A stretch of 26,251 nucleotides of DNA. Source: Fibrobacteria bacterium (GTDB lineage: Bacteria > Fibrobacterota > Chitinivibrionia > Chitinivibrionales > FEN-1185). The number at the start of each line of letters is the position of its first letter. Position 1 is the first letter of the stretch. The position numbers and the translations under genes are program-made. The notes under the pieces are model-generated. The model was not told the DNA's origin, did not search any database, and saw only the letters and a list, made by a program, of their open reading frames with translations. Positions 1 through 7,446 of this stretch are shown here, piece after piece. The stretch lies in the NCBI GenBank assembly GCA_037447435.1, contig JBBIGR010000056.1:1-26251 (forward strand), given 5' to 3'.

Positions 1-13
1 GTACCATGCCGGA

Positions 14-220
14 TCAAACGATAATGGGGTGCCGAATGGGCAAGAATAGGCAGTACCGCTTGAGATCATTCTGATAAAGACCTTCCCGACGTAGAATTTC
101 ACCCTTTTTTCCTGGGTTCGTCTTCACTTCCAATAACACCTGATATTTCTTCTCACCAGATAAATTCTTCCGCTTACGGGGTGGCTGTTGATTAACTGGG
201 GGCAATTGTCGGTTTTCCAT
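14..220 (-). pseudogene. Truncated IS3-family-like transposase OrfA (HTH) remnant
   Basis: RKRKNLSGEKKYQVLLE...GEILRREGLYQNDLKRY resembles the IS3 OrfA N-terminal pattern (RR.FS.E.K..IL...G..LRREGLY...L..W). Similarity stops after about 56 aa and no integrase core is visible in the window. Confidence 0.6.
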
Positions 221-301
221 TGTGTTCCCTTTTATCCGCCCGGAAAATGTTTAATACCCAATGCTCTTATAATTTAGTTTAATTAAACCGGGAAAACGGA
301 C

Positions 302-532
302 ATGATCTCAGAAACGGCGGGAGACATTGATACGAAAAAAATAGTTCTTGAAAAATCGGCAATTTACATTTTGGCAGGCTCCCTGGATAGATACAAAAAG
401 AAATTTGGATCTCAAGGGCGCCTGCATTCCTTTGTTTCAGGTGCAGATCATACTCTGTTTGTTGTGAATGAAACCGATAACAGAACAATCTATACGTTTT
501 CAGAGAAATACATTTTGGAAAATTTGACTTAA
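302..532 (+). CDS. Small hypothetical protein (76 aa)
   Basis: ATG-started ORF with globular-like composition filling the gap between the IS remnant and ubiA; weak RBS and no recognised motif. Confidence 0.35.
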   Translation: MISETAGDIDTKKIVLEKSAIYILAGSLDRYKKKFGSQGRLHSFVSGADHTLFVVNETDNRTIYTFSEKYILENLT

Positions 533-671
533 GTGCCAATACCATTATTCAGTTTCCTTTTGACAATTAACTCTTTGCAAGAACCCCCTTTTTCTATTGG
601 GCTTTCGGTTATTTAAAAATTTGCATGTCGTTAAAATTTGCTTTTTATCGAAGCACCCCATCAAGTAGGTC

Positions 672-1553
672 CTACACATTTAAAGCTAAAATTATCAGGA
701 AAAGACCATTAAAAACGACCTGAGAATCGTTTATGGGTTCAGAAATTATTTTGGGCAAATTTAATTTTCTAATGTAAATTGGCATCATCGCAATTATAGA
801 CCAAACTACAGAAGAAATAAAAAATATAATTGCAGGTTTTCCAAGTTGCCCGGAAGAATACACAATTACAACATAAATACTGCAAATTGCTGTTAAAAAA
901 AATAGCGTTAAAACCGTTATTTTCTTTCCAAAAAAGTTCGCAAAAGTGACTATTCTTGCCATTTTGTCACCTATCATGTCCCTAACATCCGTAGAAGCCG
1001 AATTAATTAATGCTGTTAGGCAAAAGGCCATAAGGACAACGATCAGATCGTTTTTAGGAGGTAAAATGTGATTTAAACTTATTGCAAACGCGAAGGGTGA
1101 AATCCCCCACAAAAAACTAACTAAAATATTTTTTAAAAAAACAATATCTTTAAGGCGTATAAAATGTACGGTTTTGCCTTTAATTACAGGGACGAAATTA
1201 ATTGAATAAAAAATCCCAGAAATTAATAGGACTATATGCCAAGCTAATAATCGGCCACTAATTGCAAGAATGACGTAAGATATTGCAAGAATCGATATAG
1301 GAATTGCAATGAGGGAAGATTTCCGTTGAAAAAACATTTTTTGTTCAGGGCAATTATAGCTATCCTCTTTGTCTGTAAATCTGTTTAAAAGATAAACGCT
1401 AAAAGTAAGAAGGGTCCCTGTAGAAATAATAATTATATCAATAGGTGTTTTAAAATATAAAAAAGCGCCCACCATTTGCAGTCCGGCTGCAAACGCTATC
1501 CAAGCAATTGGAGCTATCATAATAAAACCTGTTTTAGCTTTTTCTTTAACCAT
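672..1553 (-). CDS. UbiA-superfamily prenyltransferase (integral membrane)
   Basis: About 8 hydrophobic segments plus the two Asp-rich motifs LLNRFTDKEDSYN and STDVRDMIGDK; RBS GGGGAGGAAG just upstream. Confidence 0.85.
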   Translation of the reverse strand: MVKEKAKTGFIMIAPIAWIAFAAGLQMVGAFLYFKTPIDIIIISTGTLLTFSVYLLNRFTDKEDSYNCPEQKMFFQRKSSLIAIPISILAISYVILAISGRLLAWHIVLLISGIFYSINFVPVIKGKTVHFIRLKDIVFLKNILVSFLWGISPFAFAISLNHILPPKNDLIVVLMAFCLTALINSASTDVRDMIGDKMARIVTFANFFGKKITVLTLFFLTAICSIYVVIVYSSGQLGKPAIIFFISSVVWSIIAMMPIYIRKLNLPKIISEPINDSQVVFNGLFLIILALNV

Positions 1554-1595
1554 ACTTCCTCCCCTTTTTGAGAATTGGTTAAATACTTTCCACAG

Positions 1596-1628
1596 CTTAA
1601 ATCACAATTTAATCACACTTAAATCAGA
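1596..1628. repeat. Three tandem 11-bp repeats upstream of ubiA
   Basis: CTTAAATCACA / ATTTAATCACA / CTTAAATCAGA, head to tail. Confidence 0.6.
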
Positions 1629-1975
1629 TCCTTTCTACATTATATTGTATTTAAAAAACTTAATCCATCAATATGTTGAAATTAACTTAATTTATTTAAT
1701 TTCAAAATCGAGACAATATGTCCCGATTTCGTAAAAAATCTAAAACGCATTTTGTTTAAAACCAAAACAATATAAATTTATTTTTAAATTATTTTTTTTT
1801 GATACTTTCACCCCTTCCTATTGTTTTATTTTATAAAGTCTTATCCCAAATCCGTTTCTTTGCATAGGCAAGTAAAACAGTTCTGTCGGCAAACTGCGGG
1901 AAAGTAACTTTCGTAGGGACAATGCTTTACCGATAGCAACATTTCGCAGGAATCTAACGAAGAGTGAGGGGGCTC

Positions 1976-2512
1976 ATGTTTCCAACGCGCGCGATATTTT
2001 TGGACCGGGACGGCACCATCATAGAAGACAAGGGCCATATTGCCGCGGAAAGCGACATCGAGCTTTATCCTTTTGCAATACCGTCGCTTCTTGCTTTGCA
2101 AGAAAAATACCATCTTTTCATCGTGACGAACCAATCGGGCGTCAGTTTGGGACGCATCACCCTTGCGGAAGCGACATATGTCAACAATTATCTTCTCGAC
2201 GTTCTCACGAAAAGCGGCGTCGTAATCCGTGAGTTTTATTGCTGTTCGCACAAGCGGGACGACAACTGTTTATGCATTAAGCCAAAGCCGTTTTTCATCA
2301 ATAAGGCGCGCGAGAAATATGAACTGGACATTACCGGGTCATATACGATCGGCGATCATCCCCATGATGTTGCTTTTGGGAAAAACAACGGCGCTACGGG
2401 TTTGTACCTGCTTACCGGCCATGGCGCCAAGCATCGCGCGGACATAGATGCATCAACGCTTTGTTTTGAAAACCTGGAGAAAGCGGCGGAGTGGATATTG
2501 CGTAAGCCGTAG
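1976..2512 (+). CDS. gmhB: D-glycero-D-manno-heptose-1,7-bisphosphate phosphatase (HAD-IIIA)
   Basis: FLDRDGT motif I, VTNQSG, Zn-binding CSH...CLC-IKPKP and IGD. ATG at 1976 follows a GAGGGG RBS (the ORF track uses GTG 1964). Confidence 0.9.
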   Translation: MFPTRAIFLDRDGTIIEDKGHIAAESDIELYPFAIPSLLALQEKYHLFIVTNQSGVSLGRITLAEATYVNNYLLDVLTKSGVVIREFYCCSHKRDDNCLCIKPKPFFINKAREKYELDITGSYTIGDHPHDVAFGKNNGATGLYLLTGHGAKHRADIDASTLCFENLEKAAEWILRKP

Positions 2513-2547
2513 CGAAAAATGAACGCGGAACCGGCAAATTGCGTTTG

Positions 2548-3117
2548 TCAGGAAAAAAACAAGTGTTCGATGAGAATCTTTACGCCGATCCCGATGAGAA
2601 CCAAACCCCCGAGAATTTCGATTTTCTTGCCGAAAAAATTCCCCATTCTGCATCCGAACCAGGTTCCGACAAGCGATAATCCGAAGGTAATGATGCCGAT
2701 GATGATTGCGGGTTGGACGATCGCCACATCCAAAAACGACAACGTAACGCCGACCGCTGCAGCGTCGATGCTGGTGGCGACGGATAGGGTAAGAAGGACA
2801 TACACGTTATGAGGATCTTTTGTCGTTTGCTCGTCTTCTTTGTCGGGTTTTAACGCTTCGTAAATCATTTTCCCGCCCACAAGTCCGAGTAATACAAATG
2901 CGACCCAATGATCGATGGCACGGATGTATGAAGCGGCGATTCGGCCGAGCGCCCATCCGGCAATGGGCATTATTGCCTGAAATCCGCCAAAAAATGCGGC
3001 CATGCGAAAGGCATGACGCAATTGCATCCTGCACATGGTCATGCCGGTTGACAAAGAAACGGCGAAGGCGTCCATTGCGAGTGCAAGGGCCAAAAGGATG
3101 ACGGTTGTGAGCGACAT
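2548..3117 (-). CDS. mntP: Manganese efflux pump MntP
   Basis: LALAMDAFAVS, FGGFQAIMP, IDHWVAFVLL, VATSIDAAAVG and EILGGLVLIGIG. Start reset to ATG 3117 because the longer ORF overlaps the upstream gene. Confidence 0.93.
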   Translation of the reverse strand: MSLTTVILLALALAMDAFAVSLSTGMTMCRMQLRHAFRMAAFFGGFQAIMPIAGWALGRIAASYIRAIDHWVAFVLLGLVGGKMIYEALKPDKEDEQTTKDPHNVYVLLTLSVATSIDAAAVGVTLSFLDVAIVQPAIIIGIITFGLSLVGTWFGCRMGNFFGKKIEILGGLVLIGIGVKILIEHLFFS

Positions 3118-3125
3118 TATTGTTA

Positions 3126-4202
3126 TTATTTTACAATTCTGATAATTTTGGATGAATTTCCGGATTGAGATTCCAGTTTGACAATATACGTCCCTTCGGT
3201 GAGGGGAGCGGCTGTTTCGAACCGCACCGTCGAGGAAGACACGCCTTCGTATCCGCTTGAAACGCGGCCCAAAGATTTGCCCGACAGGTCGAAAAGCCGG
3301 AGTTGCCACGCATTCGCATGGACGGAAAAATAAATACCGTTTAGGGAGCGGGCCGAACCCGACGAAACGGTCCATAGCTGATTATCCTGGGTAAATGACG
3401 GCGGAACCTTCACGGAAATCGCGTTGGCATTCACGGTGATCGGCGCATAGGTCATATCGCCTTTGTCGTAGTTTGGAAACAGCGAAATCGCGGTGGTCGG
3501 TTTGGGTCCTGTTTTTGTAAAGTAATACAAAGTGTCTATTTTTTCACCTGGAGGAACAATGAGCCGTGCAAAACAGATAATCGGTACGGTCTTGACATAG
3601 ACGCTGTCGTACAGGCTTGCAGCGGTCGCAACCATACCGCTGTCGAAAGGCAGGGATTTTACGGCAAAGCCCGTATCCGTAACCGTGCCTTTTGCATAGG
3701 AAAGGTTTATTTTGCTCGAATAGGCAAGCCACTGGCCGACCATTGCCGGCGCGACTTTAATGGAATCCATTCCCGCATTATGCGCTGAAAACGTGTTCCC
3801 GCTAAAATACGAAGACCATCCGATATCATTTGTCATTGGGACTTTACGGGCCGTAAATGTTGCAAGCGAATCCTTCAGCATTGTTGCAACCGCATTCGAA
3901 TCGGTCATGACGTTTAAAAGCTTGTTCATTTGAATGCCGCTTGCGACATAATAATCGGACGAAAGCACTTTCCATCCTGAAGGCAAACCGTATGCCGCAT
4001 GAAGGCTGTCCCGCGTATATGCCTGGCCGATGGTTTTCTTATCGGACAATATCATGTAAATATCGGTGAAAAGCACGGAAATCGTATCACCCGGCTTTGC
4101 GGTAGGAGGTTGGGAAATGATTTGGGCCCTGTCGAGACTGCAACCGACGAAAAGGCTTATGACACTAAGGCTGAGAGCGATTTGCAAAAGTGTTTTTTTC
4201 AT
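3126..4202 (-). CDS. Putative lipoprotein with T9SS/FlgD-like C-terminal sorting tail
   Basis: MKK + hydrophobic stretch + FVGC lipobox; C-terminus LRLFDLSGK...EGTYIVKL...SKIIRIVK; RBS GGAGG. Confidence 0.75.
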   Translation of the reverse strand: MKKTLLQIALSLSVISLFVGCSLDRAQIISQPPTAKPGDTISVLFTDIYMILSDKKTIGQAYTRDSLHAAYGLPSGWKVLSSDYYVASGIQMNKLLNVMTDSNAVATMLKDSLATFTARKVPMTNDIGWSSYFSGNTFSAHNAGMDSIKVAPAMVGQWLAYSSKINLSYAKGTVTDTGFAVKSLPFDSGMVATAASLYDSVYVKTVPIICFARLIVPPGEKIDTLYYFTKTGPKPTTAISLFPNYDKGDMTYAPITVNANAISVKVPPSFTQDNQLWTVSSGSARSLNGIYFSVHANAWQLRLFDLSGKSLGRVSSGYEGVSSSTVRFETAAPLTEGTYIVKLESQSGNSSKIIRIVK

Positions 4203-4370
4203 AGATACCTCCCAATAAAAAATAATGAGCTAAAGGCTTTCGTTTGGGTGAGGGGCGGGCAACGGTATATCTAATTTAAAAACATTTACAGCCCCCACCC
4301 GCGAACCGTGTTCACTAAAAGATACAATAAAAAAGAAGGTTTCGAAGGGGAAATAAAGAAAAGTTGGATG

Positions 4371-4409
4371 AAAGAAGAAAACCCTCTCTTTGTTGCCGAA
4401 GAGAGGGTT
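4371..4409 (-). terminator. Intrinsic terminator of asd
   Basis: 11-bp stem AACCCTCTCTT / AAGAGAGGGTT (4380-4409) just after the stop, followed by a T-rich tract on the minus strand. Confidence 0.75.
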
Positions 4410-4420
4410 CGAAGAAATAA

Positions 4421-5536
4421 TCAATCAAGATGGTTCCGCACGATATTGAGAATCCTGCGCACCGGCTCCGCCGCACCCCATAAGAGTTGATCGCCGACCG
4501 TAAAGGCCGTGAGATACTTTGGACCGATATTCATTTTGCGCATGCGGCCGATTGGCACAACGAGCTTGCCGGAAACCGCAGTGGGCGTAAGTTCGCGAAT
4601 CGAGGTTTCCTTGTCGTTTGGAATTACCTTGACCCATTCGTGCGCACCGGCGATGATACTTTCTATTTCATCAAGGGGCACGTCTTTTTTAAGCTTTATG
4701 GTCAAGCCCTGGCTGTGGCAACGCATCGAGCTGATACGTACGCATTCTCCGTCGACAGGAATGGTCCGTTTGGTCCCAAGAATCTTATTGGTTTCGGCAA
4801 TGCCTTTCCATTCTTCCTTGGTTTGCCCGTTTTCATACGCTTTATCGATCCAGGGAATAAGGCTTGCCGCAAGCGGAACGCCGAAATTGTCGACCGGCAT
4901 CCTGCCGCTGCGAAGCTCGGCCGTGATCAGGGCTTCGTATTCCAACGCGGTGGCCGCAGGGTTTTCCAGAAGCGCTTTGGCGGCGGTTGACAAATGTGCC
5001 ATCTGCCTGATAAGCTCTATCATGTTTTTCGCGCCGGCTCCCGATGCCGCCTGATACGTCATCGACGAAATCCACTCTATCATATTTTTCTTGAAAAGAC
5101 CCGACAAAGCCATGAGCATGAGGCTTACGGTGCAATTGCCGCCGATATAGTCCTTGACGCCTGCTTTAAGGCCTTTTTTAATGACATTCATATTTACAGG
5201 GTCCAAGACGATGATGGCATCATCTTTCATGCGAAGCGCAGAAGCGGCATCGATCCAATATCCTTTGAAACCCTGGGCCCGAAGCTTTGGGTACACGTCG
5301 TTGGTATAATCGCCACCTTGACAGGTGACAATAATGTCCATGGCGCTCAGCGCGCTCAGGTCGTGGGCGTCCACCAAAGGCGGTGCAGACAGGCCGACAT
5401 CGGGTGCAGCGCCGCCGGCATTCGAGGTGGTGAAAAACAGAGGCTCAAAGCCTTTGAAATCACCTTCGGCGCTCATGCGTTCCATGAGAACCGATCCTAC
5501 CATTCCGCGCCATCCGACAAATCCTACTTTAAGCAT
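4421..5536 (-). CDS. asd: Aspartate-semialdehyde dehydrogenase (E. coli/gammaproteobacterial type)
   Basis: VGFVGWRGMVGSVLM, WIDAASALRM, GGNCTVSLMLM (catalytic Cys), TYQAASGAGA, MRCHSQ (catalytic His) and VGDQLLWGAAEP. Confidence 0.97.
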   Translation of the reverse strand: MLKVGFVGWRGMVGSVLMERMSAEGDFKGFEPLFFTTSNAGGAAPDVGLSAPPLVDAHDLSALSAMDIIVTCQGGDYTNDVYPKLRAQGFKGYWIDAASALRMKDDAIIVLDPVNMNVIKKGLKAGVKDYIGGNCTVSLMLMALSGLFKKNMIEWISSMTYQAASGAGAKNMIELIRQMAHLSTAAKALLENPAATALEYEALITAELRSGRMPVDNFGVPLAASLIPWIDKAYENGQTKEEWKGIAETNKILGTKRTIPVDGECVRISSMRCHSQGLTIKLKKDVPLDEIESIIAGAHEWVKVIPNDKETSIRELTPTAVSGKLVVPIGRMRKMNIGPKYLTAFTVGDQLLWGAAEPVRRILNIVRNHLD

Positions 5537-5605
5537 AATAAAGACTCCCGTATGAAAACAAAGTACTCCATTAGATTACGATAGTACGATTGAAAATTTT
5601 CCAGT

Positions 5606-5645
5606 CCGTAGAATGCCCCCGATTTTATCGGGCATTTTGCTACGG
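5606..5645. repeat. REP-like extragenic palindrome upstream of asd
   Basis: CCGTAGAATGCCCCCGATTTTATCGGGCATTTTGCTACGG: an imperfect hairpin bounded by GTAG...CTAC. Confidence 0.5.
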
Positions 5646-5765
5646 GATGTCGCCGAAAAGTCCTGTTGGAAAGGCTCCACCGCGAATAAAAATAATTTAC
5701 GACAAAAAAAAATAGATATAAGATCCGAAGAGAAAAAGAAAGGAAAATAGCCCGAATTTTGATTG

Positions 5766-7214
5766 TTAAGGCAGGCTCATCACGGTGTTGATGAAATAGC
5801 CCACGCATCGGCGGGGATTGTCGGCTGCTTTTTTAGCGATGATAGCGGCGGCTTTTTCGAGTTTTTCCAAACCGTAACGTTGTTCCAACCGTATGAAGTG
5901 TTCCACTGCGCGCCAATCGCAGTCTTTGTACACAAGCGCTGCCCATTGCCGTGCCCGATTGGTTTTTTCCATGCCGAATTCGATTTCCAGCTCGGCCCAT
6001 TTCTTGTTAAGCAAGAGAGGGTTGTAAAAAGCCAGGGGAGTGTAGATGTTTGGCTTGCGCGAGTCGTTCGGTTCTTCAGCCAAACTGTCGAATTCCACGT
6101 CAAGCAGATTTGCGCGACGCAGTTCCACGGTGCCGGTCTGCACAAACCAGGGAGACATTCCATGGCGAGAGGCAAGGGTTGCCTGCGAAGCCGACCAGCG
6201 CGGACGAATGGGTGAGAGCGCGGAGTAGTACAGACCAAGGACGGTCATGACTTTTGCGGAGAACCCGAGTTTCTTCTGCCATCCGTAAACCCAATAACCC
6301 GACAGTATTGAAACCGTTTGCTTTGCATCGGCGTTAAGGCGCACCTGCGCCGCTTTTCCATATCCGGTTATTACCGAGATGAGCTTATAATTGTCTTGAA
6401 GCTTTCCAAGAACCTTGTTGATTTGGCGACGGAAGTCGACGGGAGTCATGGAATCGATTCCCAGGCTCGCGGCAAGCTCGGCATAGTCGAGGGTAACGGC
6501 GGTGTCGACGGGCCTCTTGAAAGTTTCTTTGCATAAGTAAAGATATGTGTCGAAGGCGCGCCGGTCGGCCGCGCGAACCATACGCCCCAACCGCAGCGTA
6601 TCGGTAAGAAAAGTTTCCGGTACAAGCGCGCATACCGTGTCTTGAGCTGCAAGATGCTTTCGGGGAACACGACCTAATTCGGTAAGCAGCGGCAGGGCGA
6701 CATTTCTGTTTCGTACCAGCAACGATGCTTCGATATTATGACCTAAGGCGGCTTCGCTTACATTAGCAGATCCTGCGATAACAGTAAAGCTATCTATTAC
6801 TACGGCTTTCGCGTGCACTGTTGCGCTCGAATCGCTCAAGAACACATCGATTCCTTGCGCGGTCATAAACTCATATGCCTCGCGGTTGTCTGCCTGCAAT
6901 GCCTCAAACGGTTCTCCGTTGGAAAACGCGCTTCCGTCAAGTATCAATTCGACGCGCACACCGCGATGATTTGCATTGGCCAGGGCTGCGGCGATGTGCA
7001 TGGTCTGCGATTCGGTGCGATTGGGATACAGCGCGAAAAGGTAATAATAAGCTGTTATTGACTTGTGTGCTTTGTCGATTTCCTGCATCAGGATGCTGCC
7101 GTATTCTCGGCAGCGGATGTATCGTACTTGCATGGTGTCGTTGCCGATCGTAAACCCCAAAGAGGCAAGACATGCCGCAATAAGGCAAAATGATAAAAGA
7201 AGTTTTGAACGCAT
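5766..7214 (-). CDS. PLD (Nuc-like, single HKD) domain protein fused to winged-helix and DnaD-like domains
   Basis: HAKAVVID...GSAN...NIEA motif and RGVRVELILD. C-terminal half has two HTH-like segments (LDYAELAASLG...RQINKVLGKL; SQATLASRHGMS...VQTGTVELRRANLL). N-terminal signal-like peptide. Confidence 0.8.
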   Translation of the reverse strand: MRSKLLLSFCLIAACLASLGFTIGNDTMQVRYIRCREYGSILMQEIDKAHKSITAYYYLFALYPNRTESQTMHIAAALANANHRGVRVELILDGSAFSNGEPFEALQADNREAYEFMTAQGIDVFLSDSSATVHAKAVVIDSFTVIAGSANVSEAALGHNIEASLLVRNRNVALPLLTELGRVPRKHLAAQDTVCALVPETFLTDTLRLGRMVRAADRRAFDTYLYLCKETFKRPVDTAVTLDYAELAASLGIDSMTPVDFRRQINKVLGKLQDNYKLISVITGYGKAAQVRLNADAKQTVSILSGYWVYGWQKKLGFSAKVMTVLGLYYSALSPIRPRWSASQATLASRHGMSPWFVQTGTVELRRANLLDVEFDSLAEEPNDSRKPNIYTPLAFYNPLLLNKKWAELEIEFGMEKTNRARQWAALVYKDCDWRAVEHFIRLEQRYGLEKLEKAAAIIAKKAADNPRRCVGYFINTVMSLP

Positions 7215-7334
7215 GATAGTAAACTATTAAAAAGGAAGAGGAAAGGCAAAGGAAGAGAAAAAATCCTTAATACCCCTCACTGTGCAAGGGCTTTTGATCA
7301 GCCTCAACCCTCTCCGTATACTTTGTGAAATAAA

Positions 7335-7350
7335 TGGTTTGGCAATTGCT
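7335..7350 (+). promoter_or_regulatory. Possible sigma-54 -24/-12 promoter for the GH99-like gene
   Basis: TGGTTTGGCAATTGCT has correct GG-N10-GC spacing and a good -12, but a degenerate -24 box. Confidence 0.35.
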
Positions 7351-7446
7351 TTACAAAGAGCCGCGGCTTATTTTGAAAACCGAAAGAAAAAAAGGCATCC
7401 TGACCAAATTGTTTTAACCCCTGATTTACATAATTAAAGGATTGAG

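Noticed and set aside
221..300. Terminal inverted repeat of the IS3-like remnant
   Set aside because: No partner end in the window, so the boundary cannot be defined.
3118..3375. N-terminal extension of mntP in the ORF track
   Set aside because: It overlaps the lipoprotein gene in another frame; MntP similarity starts at ATG 3117.
5540..5760. Lysine or SAM riboswitch upstream of asd
   Set aside because: Conserved core motifs of the L-box and S-box were not found.
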